Position numbers and translations under genes: made by a program. From assembly GCA_041497675.1 (NCBI GenBank), contig JBGQGY010000075.1, positions 1 through 18,895 of the forward strand: a DNA stretch of 18,895 nt, written 5' to 3'. Positions 1-7,448 of this stretch are shown here, in pieces. The notes under the pieces were generated by a model. That model was not told where the DNA came from. It searched no databases and saw only the letters and a program-made list of their open reading frames with translations. Source of the stretch: a bacterium (lineage in GTDB: Bacteria > Sysuimicrobiota > Sysuimicrobiia > Sysuimicrobiales > Humicultoraceae). Numbering within the stretch: position 1 is the stretch's first letter; every line of letters begins with the position of its first letter.

Positions 1-159
1 ATGCTGGCAGACGGCCGGTCCTTCATTCTCACGTATCCGCAGATCGCGATCGCGCCGGGTGTGATGATCTCGCTGACGGTCCTGGCGTTCAACCTGGTCG
101 GTGATGGCCTGCGGGACGCGTTGGACCCACGCCAGAAGGACTCGCCGGTGGCGAGGTAA
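1..159 (+). CDS. ABC transporter permease, DppC/OppC family, C-terminal fragment (5' truncated by window)
   Basis: Not in the ORF track. Frame +1 reads [52 protein letters not shown], containing the DppC/OppC C-terminal signature (PG...[14 protein letters not shown]). TAA at 157-159. Confidence 0.93.
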   Translation: MLADGRSFILTYPQIAIAPGVMISLTVLAFNLVGDGLRDALDPRQKDSPVAR

Positions 160-167
160 GGAGCGAG

Positions 168-596
168 TTAGGGCCGGGCGCGCTTCAACCCTGCCACCTG
201 CAATCCGGGGACTCTCTCGAACTCTTTCAGGTTCGCAGTCACCAATCGGAACCCGTGCGCGAGCGCCGTTGCGGCGATCTGGAGGTCGTGAGCGCCGATT
301 GACGCCCCCGAACCGGCGAGCGACACGGCGAGGCGCGCATGCGTGCGCGCGCACAGCAGGTCAAACGGCACAACGGGGATTCGCGCGAGCATGGCCTCGA
401 CGAACGCCTCTCGTCGGGCCCGTTGCGCGTCCGTACGCGCTCGATGGACGCCCGCGAGCAACTCGGAGGCCGTGATGGCGGCGATCGCTACGATCTCGTC
501 CGGATCTCCGGGCAGCACATCCCCGAGCGCTGCGGCCTCGCGACTGCGGCCTCGCTCCACAGCGATCAACGCGGTTGTATCAATCAGGAGCGCCAG
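168..596 (-). CDS. vapC: PIN-domain ribonuclease toxin (VapC family)
   Basis: PIN motifs ITASELLAG, GAHDLQIAATA and LVTANLKEFERVPGL. Extending upstream of the tracked TTG (569) gives (L/M)ALLIDTTALIAVER, restoring the first catalytic Asp. The only plausible start is CTG at 596-594, with GGAGG 10 nt upstream. Start position less certain than the product. Confidence 0.88.
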   Translation of the reverse strand: MALLIDTTALIAVERGRSREAAALGDVLPGDPDEIVAIAAITASELLAGVHRARTDAQRARREAFVEAMLARIPVVPFDLLCARTHARLAVSLAGSGASIGAHDLQIAATALAHGFRLVTANLKEFERVPGLQVAGLKRARP

Positions 597-856
597 CGGC
601 GAAAAGCCTCCAGGGCCGGGGACTGGCCCGCGTGGACGCGCTCGAGGTCGTCGGCAAAGTGCTCATCGACCGGAGGGGCACCACGGAGCAAGTCTGTGAG
701 CCCCCGAAGCGTCAGGCCGCCCGTCGGACCACCTGACGGCCGGGCCAGAAGCTCGTCCACCGCCCGCCGCACGGCCTCGGACTCACTGGTCCCCAGTCTC
801 GTCGCCAACCGGTGAATCTTTCGCGAATCCACCATCAGGTTCTTCCGAGTGTTCAA
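584..856 (-). CDS. Antitoxin with ribbon-helix-helix-like N-terminus (VapB-type), about 90 aa
   Basis: RKNLMVDSRKIHRLATRLGTSESEAVRRAVDELL fits an RHH pattern; acidic C-terminal segment DEHFADDLERV; 3' end overlaps the toxin start. TTG at 856 follows GGAG. The tracked start at 946 would run through the promoter/operator. Confidence 0.75.
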   Translation of the reverse strand: MNTRKNLMVDSRKIHRLATRLGTSESEAVRRAVDELLARPSGGPTGGLTLRGLTDLLRGAPPVDEHFADDLERVHAGQSPALEAFRRWRS

Positions 857-874
857 TTCACCCAGTCTCCGCCG

Positions 875-924
875 AAGTGTGTATTGATACACACAAGTTA
901 CACACTTACTCGTCCGCGCGTCAA
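875..924 (-). promoter_or_regulatory. Sigma70-like promoter and operator of the vapBC pair
   Basis: Minus strand TTGACG (924-919), 18-nt spacer, TAACTT (900-895). Palindrome GTGTGTAT-TG-ATACACAC at 877-894 and a third TACACAC at 899-905, in a locally AT-rich patch. Confidence 0.65.
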
Positions 925-942
925 CCGCAGCCGGCACGTCGA

Positions 943-2100
943 TCAAACCGGCGGGCGCAATGGCAACGTGAACCGGATGGTCGTCCCCCCGCCAACATTG
1001 CTTTCGGCACTGATCTGCCCGCCATGCAGGGTAATGAGATTCCTGGCGATCGTCAGCCCGAGCCCCGTCCCCCGCGACATCTTGGACTTGTAGAAGCGTT
1101 CGAAGATGTGTGGAAGATCGTCGGGCGCGATGCCTTCACCTGTATCGGTGACGAGCACCGCCACCACCGCCGGTTGATCTGCTTGTCCGCGAGCGGGTTC
1201 GGTGGCATCAACGCGACACGCGATGCGGATCGATCCGCCGGCGGGAGCGTGCTGCAGCGCATTGGTGACGAGGTTGCTCATCACCTGCCGGATGCGGACC
1301 GGATCAATCTCCAGGACGGGCAGGCCCGGCGCGCTGTCGACCATGATGCCTACACTCCCCGACTCCGCCTGTGTGCGAAACGCTGCGACTGTCTCCTCAA
1401 TCAGCGCCACGAGATCCGTCGGTTCGCAGTGCAGGGCGCGCGCACCGGTCTCGGCAAGCGCCAGGGTGCGCAGATCTTCGATCAGCGTCGAGAGGATTCG
1501 CGTTTCTTCGAGGATGGGCGCGAGATGGGCGTCGTCACGGGGGTAGACCCCGTCGATCAGGGCTTCGAGGTTCCCCTGGATGACCGCCAGCGGTGTCCGC
1601 AGCTCGTGTGCAAGATCGGCCAACAAACTGCGGCGCTCTTCCTCGTGAGCCTGCAGGCGGGTCGCCATCTGATTGAACACGACCGTCAACCGGCGCACCT
1701 CGGGCGGTCCCCGTTCGTTGACCCTGGCCTCGTAGTCTCCCGCCGCCAGTTGCCCTGCCGCTTCCATCACGTCGGCAACCGGAGACGTCGCGTGCCGCAG
1801 CGCGCGTCCGGCGATCACGACCCCGACGGCCAGTACCACCATGAGCACCGCCGCGGCCGCAAGAATTGTTGAGGCGCCTCCGGGGACGACTGTGGCCACA
1901 AGCCACACGAGCAGCGTGATCACCGCGACAGTCAAGGCGAAGAAGATCCCCATCAAGACCGCGATGCGCCAGAAAAACCGTCCGCGCATCGACCGCCATG
2001 TTCGCCACGGAGGACCCGGGGGCGGCCATGGTTCGCCAGTGGGCCACCAGGGCGGCGGCTGCCGCGGTCGGTCATGCCACCGGTGACGCCAGTGTCCCAT
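943..2100 (-). CDS. Sensor histidine kinase (2 TM, HAMP, HisKA, HATPase; BaeS-like)
   Basis: H-box LAHELRTPL, N-box NLVTNALQH, G1 DTGEGI, F-box IFERFYK, G2 GTGLGL; two hydrophobic helices then HAMP (GPPEVRRL...FNQMA). Start overlaps the regulator stop (TGATG). Confidence 0.95.
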   Translation of the reverse strand: MGHWRHRWHDRPRQPPPWWPTGEPWPPPGPPWRTWRSMRGRFFWRIAVLMGIFFALTVAVITLLVWLVATVVPGGASTILAAAAVLMVVLAVGVVIAGRALRHATSPVADVMEAAGQLAAGDYEARVNERGPPEVRRLTVVFNQMATRLQAHEEERRSLLADLAHELRTPLAVIQGNLEALIDGVYPRDDAHLAPILEETRILSTLIEDLRTLALAETGARALHCEPTDLVALIEETVAAFRTQAESGSVGIMVDSAPGLPVLEIDPVRIRQVMSNLVTNALQHAPAGGSIRIACRVDATEPARGQADQPAVVAVLVTDTGEGIAPDDLPHIFERFYKSKMSRGTGLGLTIARNLITLHGGQISAESNVGGGTTIRFTLPLRPPV

Positions 2101-2786
2101 CAGAGATCGGCCAGTTTGTAGCCGACGCCGTAGACGGTCAGCAGATAGTGTGGACGCCGCGGATCGGGTTCGAGTTTCCGCCGGATGTTCTTGACGTGCG
2201 CGTCGATTGCACGCTCATACGACTCAAAGGCGACGCCGTGGAGCGCATCGAGCAGCTGCCCGCGTGTATAGACGCGGCCGGGATACCGGGCCATCGCGGC
2301 CAGCAAGTGAAACTCCGTGGGGGTGAGATCGATCGACCGGCCCGCCACGCCGGCGCGCATGCGGGGCAGGTCGAGGACCAGATCGCCGGCGCGCAGCGTG
2401 TCGCCGCCGACCCTGGCGAGTTCCCAGCGCCGGAGCACCGCCCGGACGCGTGCGACCAGCTCTTTGGGGCTAAACGGTTTGGTCATGTAGTCGTCGGCGC
2501 CCAGTTCCAGACCGACGAGCTTATCCGCTTCCTCGCCCCGCGCCGTCAGCATGATGATGGGGACGGAGGATTCTTTGCGGAGCGCCCGTGTGACGTCGAG
2601 GCCGTCGATGTCCGGCAGGCGCAGATCGAGGACGATCAGATCGGGCCGCTCGCGCGTCGCCGCTTGCAGCGCGGTCTTGCCGTCCGCCGCCGTCGCCACG
2701 CGAAAACCGGCGTGTTCGAGATAGTCTCGCGCGAGTTGCGCGATCTTCGGTTCGTCGTCCACGACGAGCACGGTCGCCATCCTCAT
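2100..2786 (-). CDS. OmpR/PhoB-family response regulator
   Basis: Receiver motifs VVDDE, LDLRLP (phospho-Asp), MLTAR and GADDYMTKPF; winged helix with RAIDAHVKNIRRKL and TVYGVGYK. True start may be the second ATG at 2780. Confidence 0.96.
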   Translation of the reverse strand: MRMATVLVVDDEPKIAQLARDYLEHAGFRVATAADGKTALQAATRERPDLIVLDLRLPDIDGLDVTRALRKESSVPIIMLTARGEEADKLVGLELGADDYMTKPFSPKELVARVRAVLRRWELARVGGDTLRAGDLVLDLPRMRAGVAGRSIDLTPTEFHLLAAMARYPGRVYTRGQLLDALHGVAFESYERAIDAHVKNIRRKLEPDPRRPHYLLTVYGVGYKLADL

Positions 2787-2797
2787 CCTCGAAGAAC

Positions 2798-2828
2798 GGG
2801 CGGGGCCGCGCGGTGGGCAGCCCCGCCC
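2798..2828 (-). terminator. GC-rich stem-loop between the membrane-protein gene and the regulator (weak terminator or mRNA stabiliser)
   Basis: GGGCGGGGC (2798-2806) pairs perfectly with GCCCCGCCC (2820-2828), 13-nt loop; followed on the minus strand by GTTCTTC, only a weak U tract. Confidence 0.5.
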
Positions 2829-2837
2829 CTCGACGCG

Positions 2838-3215
2838 TTAGACCTTCTGGCTGGGCCCCGGCACTTCATGCGCCCGGCGGTGCCACTCCTCGAACATCGG
2901 CGGGACACCCGCGGTCTTCCACGACCCGTGGCGTCCGCCGCAGTGCCGTCCCCGAAACAGGCTAAAGATCAGGAAGAGGAACAGCAGAGGGAAGAGGAAG
3001 CCAAACCCAAACCCGTGATGCCAATACGGGCCATAGTACCCGTGGGGACCGTAGTACGGGTACGGTGGAGCGCCGGCACCGGGCGCGGGGAGCTTGCCCG
3101 ATTCCTCCAGACCGCGGGCGATACCCGCGTGGTACGCGTTCGTCCCGATCGCCACGGCGCCCACGACCGCCACCAGCACCAGCACGATGCCCAAAACGAT
3201 TCTTCTGTCCATCAT
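2838..3215 (-). CDS. Small two-TM membrane protein, His/Gly/Tyr/Pro-rich, function unknown (about 125 aa)
   Basis: C-terminal part of tracked ORF 2838..4013. AAAGGAG precedes ATGATG (3215/3212). TM1 IVLGIVLVLVAVVGAVAIG; linker PPYPYYGPHGYYGPYWHH; TM2 GFGFGFLFPLLFLFLIFSLF; tail PPMFEEWHRRAHE. Confidence 0.85.
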   Translation of the reverse strand: MMDRRIVLGIVLVLVAVVGAVAIGTNAYHAGIARGLEESGKLPAPGAGAPPYPYYGPHGYYGPYWHHGFGFGFLFPLLFLFLIFSLFRGRHCGGRHGSWKTAGVPPMFEEWHRRAHEVPGPSQKV

Positions 3216-3261
3216 CGTCTCCTTTGCTCCTCGGTTTTCACCATCCAGCATCGTGCACACT

Positions 3262-3279
3262 TGTGAACTGGGTGTGAAC
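3262..3279 (-). promoter_or_regulatory. Putative OmpR/PhoB-type binding site (direct repeat)
   Basis: TGTGAAC-TGGG-TGTGAAC: perfect 7-mers with an 11-bp period, about 45 nt upstream of the first gene of the two-component unit. Confidence 0.6.
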
Positions 3280-3322
3280 GCGCCGAGGAGGTCTTGGGAG
3301 ACGAACGGGCCCGGTCGCCTCG

Positions 3323-4813
3323 TCAGGCCGGTGCAGGTGTGTAGGGCGTGTTCAGGTCCAGCGGATAGATCGGCCGCCGCACCTTCTTGTAGGGAAACCT
3401 CGACAGGTTTGACGTGCTCAACCCCGGCGGGTCGGTGGTGATGATTGCCTTCGCCAGGGTGTCGTAGCCCGCGCGGAAGTGTGCGCTCGACTTCAAACCC
3501 ACGATGCGACACCGCGTCACGTCGATCCCGTGCAGCAGAAACGGCTCGGGGTCGAGCACCTGCGTCCGATGGCTCGCCACGACGACGTCGACGCCACCGC
3601 ACGCGAGCCGCGCCATCTTGCCCAAGTCGACCGGCGACCCCTTCCCCATGGGCGTCGAGAGCGTGAACTTCCCGTCGGTGAGGACTTTCACGTAGACCTC
3701 GAGATCGAGCGGCTCGCCGTGCATCGCATCGGTCTTGCCGCCCACACGCACGCGGATCGTCGCGCCGACGCCGGCCTTGTGCGCGGCTTCGGCCACCTCG
3801 GGATCGTAGAGCGTCCCAAAGACGCTGTCGGTGAGCCCGGCCTTCAGCATGGCGCGGAGCAAATGGGTGCCGTCGCCGGGCGCGCCGCCGCCCGGGTTGT
3901 CGCTCAGTTCGTTCACGATCACCGGCGTGCCGGATTCGGCGGCCTTCACCGCGAGCGCCACCGCCTGATCGGGTTCGGGGAACTTCGCCTGAAAGATCTC
4001 GCGCCGGTCCCAAATCTCTTCCGCAATCGCCCGCACCGCGCGCCCGGCCAGTCGGGCGTCGCGGTCGGCCAGCGCCACCACCGTCACGCCCACTTCGGGG
4101 ATGTCGGTCTGCACGAACCCGTGGATAAACGTGCAGTGCAGCATGCCGGGCTCACGTTCCCACTGGTGGCACAGGGCGTTGATCGAGCGCGCGGGCTCCA
4201 GGCGCGTCGTCGAGGCGGGGATCATCAACGGCAACACTTCGATCGCCATCACCGGGTGAGTCTTGCCGGCGAGCACGCCGACCAGGAATTCCATCGCCTC
4301 CTGCCCACGCTCGAACGCATCGGTGTGCGGGTACTCATGGACGCAAAACAGCCCGGTTGCCAGTTCCACGGTCCGCGGGGTGATGTTCCCGTGGAGGTCG
4401 AGCGTCACGGCAATGGGCATCGACGGCCCGACGACCTCACGGACCGCCGCGAGCACCGCGCTCTCGAGATCGGTGATGCCTTCGGCCACCCCCGCACCGT
4501 GCAATGCCAGACAGAGCGCGTCAAGCGGCATCGCGGCCCGGATCCGCGTCAGCAGCTCGCCGAGCATCGTGTCGTAGGCCTCCCGGGTGATCGTCCCCCA
4601 CGGTTCGGTGGTGGCCGCGAACGTGGGAATCAGCGTCACACCGAGTCGCTCGCCGGCTTCGACCATCCCCCCGAGATAGGTCCGCACGCCACGCGCGCGC
4701 TGGATCACCTCGTCGTCGCGATACCACATGCGGTCCTTGAACATCTGCAGCGTCGTAGCCGGGCAGAAGGTATTCGTCTCGTGGCTGATCTCGCCGATCG
4801 CGATGCGATACAT
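3323..4813 (-). CDS. M81 family metallopeptidase/amidohydrolase (MlrC-like)
   Basis: Motifs SHETNTF, LALHGAG, TLDLHGN, EYPHTD, DNPGGGAPGDGT and LKSSAHFRA. ATG at 4813 follows AGGAGGAGG; the tracked start at 4837 is probably too long. Confidence 0.93.
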   Translation of the reverse strand: MYRIAIGEISHETNTFCPATTLQMFKDRMWYRDDEVIQRARGVRTYLGGMVEAGERLGVTLIPTFAATTEPWGTITREAYDTMLGELLTRIRAAMPLDALCLALHGAGVAEGITDLESAVLAAVREVVGPSMPIAVTLDLHGNITPRTVELATGLFCVHEYPHTDAFERGQEAMEFLVGVLAGKTHPVMAIEVLPLMIPASTTRLEPARSINALCHQWEREPGMLHCTFIHGFVQTDIPEVGVTVVALADRDARLAGRAVRAIAEEIWDRREIFQAKFPEPDQAVALAVKAAESGTPVIVNELSDNPGGGAPGDGTHLLRAMLKAGLTDSVFGTLYDPEVAEAAHKAGVGATIRVRVGGKTDAMHGEPLDLEVYVKVLTDGKFTLSTPMGKGSPVDLGKMARLACGGVDVVVASHRTQVLDPEPFLLHGIDVTRCRIVGLKSSAHFRAGYDTLAKAIITTDPPGLSTSNLSRFPYKKVRRPIYPLDLNTPYTPAPA

Positions 4814-4826
4814 GGTGCCTCCTCCT

Positions 4827-6017
4827 CTAGCCGTCAATCGTCAGGCGCTCGAGATCCCTCGGGTAGTATGTGAGGAACTCGATACCGTCCTTGGTGACGA
4901 GGACCGTGTCCGAATGGCGAAAGCCCGCAAACCCGGGCACGTAGATGCCCGGCTCGACGCTGAAGACCATCCCCGGTTGAATCAACCGCTCGTCGCCGAT
5001 GTCGAAGAACGGCGCCTCGTGGATGCCCATCCCGAGCGCGTGACCCACGTGGTGGCGCCAGTACGGCATCAGCGCGTGCTTGTCGAAAAACGCCCGCACG
5101 GCGCGGTCGACATCGGCGCACGGCCGGCCCGGCTTGATCGCGTCGAACCCCACCTGCTGCATATCGACCATCAACTGAAACGAGCGTCGCTGCTCGGACG
5201 ATGGGGTCCCCACGATCATCGTCCGCTCGAGTTCGCTGATATAGCCACCGACGGCCGCCGATGCTCCGGTCACGAGCACGTCACCGCTGCGGATGCGAAC
5301 GTTGTTGGTCATGGCGTGCGGGATCGCCGACTGCGCGCCGATCTGGCCGCGGAATCCCGCGTGCGCGCCGGGGAAGGTCCACGAGAGCGGCCGGTAGTCG
5401 GGGCCGAGCGCGCGAATCATCGCCGACGTCGCCTCATTCGAGGCACGCGTGGCGATTTCGCTCTCGATAGCACCGCGCCTCGTATACTCCTGCAGGTAAC
5501 TGTGGGCCAGGTTGCCCCACCGCGCGCTCTCGCGGATCAGGTCGATCTCTTCCGCCGACTTGATCATGATTATGTCTTCGATCAGGTCGCGCGCCACCGT
5601 GACCGTGGTCTGCGGCAGCACCTCGCTCAAGCGCGGCCCGCGGTAGCCCATCACGCCCGGATAGCCGTCGCCGTCCACACCGAGCCGCACCCGCTCAAGG
5701 TTGAGCCCGGTCACCGTCTCGGCCAGCCGCGCCATCGGGTGCTTCTCGCCGGGATACTCTGGGTAGGACACCACCCGGTCGACCGTGGCGTAGGCCGTCG
5801 CGTGTTCTTCCTCGAGCCTGGGGACGAACAGCAGCGTCGTGTTGGTCGCGACGACCAGTGCGATCGGCCGCTCGGTGGCGATAAAGGCGAATCCGGTGAG
5901 ATAGAACACCTGCATCGGACTGAAGAGGATCATGGCGTCGAGCCCCCGCCGGGCCGCCTCGGCGCGGACCTGTGCCGTGCGCCGCAGGTGCTCGTCGCGG
6001 CTGATATACAGTCGCAT
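4827..6017 (-). CDS. M24 (pita-bread fold) Xaa-Pro peptidase/creatinase-family hydrolase
   Basis: Creatinase-N-like domain (VFYLTGF), linker IKSAEEIDLIRES, GHALGMGIHEAP and FSVEPGIYVPG. ATG at 6017 follows AAGGAGG. Several metal ligands are substituted (see findings). Confidence 0.92.
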   Translation of the reverse strand: MRLYISRDEHLRRTAQVRAEAARRGLDAMILFSPMQVFYLTGFAFIATERPIALVVATNTTLLFVPRLEEEHATAYATVDRVVSYPEYPGEKHPMARLAETVTGLNLERVRLGVDGDGYPGVMGYRGPRLSEVLPQTTVTVARDLIEDIIMIKSAEEIDLIRESARWGNLAHSYLQEYTRRGAIESEIATRASNEATSAMIRALGPDYRPLSWTFPGAHAGFRGQIGAQSAIPHAMTNNVRIRSGDVLVTGASAAVGGYISELERTMIVGTPSSEQRRSFQLMVDMQQVGFDAIKPGRPCADVDRAVRAFFDKHALMPYWRHHVGHALGMGIHEAPFFDIGDERLIQPGMVFSVEPGIYVPGFAGFRHSDTVLVTKDGIEFLTYYPRDLERLTIDG

Positions 6018-6134
6018 TGCTGCCTCCTTGACAGGTGGGATGCGACTATGGGGTTCTGGTGCAACGCGCAGGACTCCTGGCGGGTAGCGTGGAAAGGCCT
6101 GCACGCCAACGCGCTCTGTGAAAGGGGGAACGTC

Positions 6135-7448
6135 ATGTCAGACCGGAGGATCACCCGAAGACAGGCTCTCAAGGCCGCCGGCGTGCTGGTCGGCGCGAGC
6201 GCCGCCAGCCGCTTCATAGGGCCGCTCTCGATCGACCCCGCGCTCCGCTCCGCCGTGTACGCGGCCGCGCCGTCAGGCACGCCGCTGCGGATCGGCTTCC
6301 AGGTGCACCGCACGGGCATCGGCGCCACCTACGGCAAGTGGTACGAGCGCACAGGCGCGGCGGCCGTCGCAGAGATCAACGGGATGGGCGGTATCGGCGG
6401 GCGGCCGGTCGAACTCGTCGCCGAGGACGACGGCACCGATCCCAAGCGCGGCGTTGAAGTCGTCGAGAAGCTTGCCCAGCAGCACAAGGTCGACTTCATC
6501 TTCGGCACGCTGTTTTCGCACGTGGTCATCGCTGCCGCGCCGCGGGCCGGTGAACTGAAGATCCCGTACCTGGTCGTCAGCGAGGGCTATCACGTCGCGT
6601 CCGGCAAGATGAACCGGTACACCTTCCAGCCAGGTATCACCGACGTGCGCTCCCAGGTCACGGCGCTGGCGCCGTGGATCGTCAAGAACCTGGGAAAGAA
6701 GATCACGATGGTCTACCCCGACTACGCGTTTGGCTACGACCACCGCGACTTCTTCAGCAAGGCGGCGGAAAAGCAGGGTGGCAAGATCGCGGCGTTCGTG
6801 CCGATTCCGCTCGCGGAAACGTCGTTCACGAAGTTCTTCCCCAAGATCCCGAAAGACACCGACGCTCTCTACCACGTCATGGTCGGTCCTGGTGTGCTGA
6901 CGTTCGTGAAGGAACTGGGTGAGTTCTTTGGCAAGCGCAAGCCCAAGATGTTCGGTTTCATCGATTCGCTCGAAGGTGTCGACATTGGGACGCCGGGTCT
7001 CGAGTACCTCGAAGGCTCCTACCTCTGGGAGGCGTTCCCCCGATACGCGAGCGGCGACGATACGCAGTCGAAGAAGACCTACCGCCAGAAGGTGGGCGTC
7101 GATGCAAACGGCGCCAGCAAGCAAGACGCCAAAGACGTTTCCACGTACTCGCACATGTTTGGCGTCTGGGAAACGCTCTTTGTCATCAAGGACGCCGTCG
7201 AAAAAAGCGGCTACAAGAACCCCTCGGACTACAAGGGCTTCATCGAAGCGCTCGAAAAGATGGAGTCGTTCCCGGCAAGCCTTGCCCACCCGCAGGGGCC
7301 GAAACGCTTCAACGGAAAACTGCACCAGGTGTACGGGCAGCAGTTCGTTTCGCAGGTGTCCGGCAAGAAGCTCAAGGTCGTGCACACGACAAAGATCGAA
7401 GACGGCATGTACGCGCCCGAAGCAGACTACACTAAACAGCCGCTATAG
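6135..7448 (+). CDS. ABC transporter substrate-binding protein, HAAT/LivJ-like type I fold, Tat signal
   Basis: C-terminal 437 aa of tracked ORF 4728..7448. ATG at 6135 follows AAAGGGGGAA. TRRQALK twin-arginine motif; INGMGGIGGRPVELVAEDDGTDP and DYAFG are typical of this family; lies upstream of Liv-type permeases. Confidence 0.93.
   Translation: MSDRRITRRQALKAAGVLVGASAASRFIGPLSIDPALRSAVYAAAPSGTPLRIGFQVHRTGIGATYGKWYERTGAAAVAEINGMGGIGGRPVELVAEDDGTDPKRGVEVVEKLAQQHKVDFIFGTLFSHVVIAAAPRAGELKIPYLVVSEGYHVASGKMNRYTFQPGITDVRSQVTALAPWIVKNLGKKITMVYPDYAFGYDHRDFFSKAAEKQGGKIAAFVPIPLAETSFTKFFPKIPKDTDALYHVMVGPGVLTFVKELGEFFGKRKPKMFGFIDSLEGVDIGTPGLEYLEGSYLWEAFPRYASGDDTQSKKTYRQKVGVDANGASKQDAKDVSTYSHMFGVWETLFVIKDAVEKSGYKNPSDYKGFIEALEKMESFPASLAHPQGPKRFNGKLHQVYGQQFVSQVSGKKLKVVHTTKIEDGMYAPEADYTKQPL

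Noticed and set aside
160..946. Mobile element carrying the TA pair
   Set aside because: No transposase, integrase, terminal inverted repeats or target-site duplication seen.
3216..4013. N-terminal two-thirds of the 391-aa ORF 2838..4013
   Set aside because: Arg-rich off-frame read overlapping the M81 gene; only the part from ATG 3215/3212 has an RBS and protein-like composition.
3323..4813. Microcystin degradation (mlr) cluster
   Set aside because: Only an MlrC-family gene is present; no MlrA, MlrB or MlrD homologue is seen, and the family is widespread.
4728..6134. Apparent 906-aa fusion ORF 4728..7448
   Set aside because: The N-terminal half is the antisense shadow of the M24 gene; the real protein begins at 6135 with an RBS and a Tat signal, which must be N-terminal.
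6018..6134. Promoter, operator or riboswitch in the divergent spacer (TTGACA near 6028, CAACGCGC at 6062 and 6107, CAGGA-C-TCCTG)
   Set aside because: No -10 at proper spacing from the TTGACA, the repeats are short enough to be chance in GC-rich DNA, and I recognise no riboswitch consensus.
6135..7448. Lys-rich binding protein as evidence of horizontal transfer
   Set aside because: I count about 37 Lys in 437 aa, which is unremarkable for an exported binding protein; codon third positions remain GC-rich like the neighbours.
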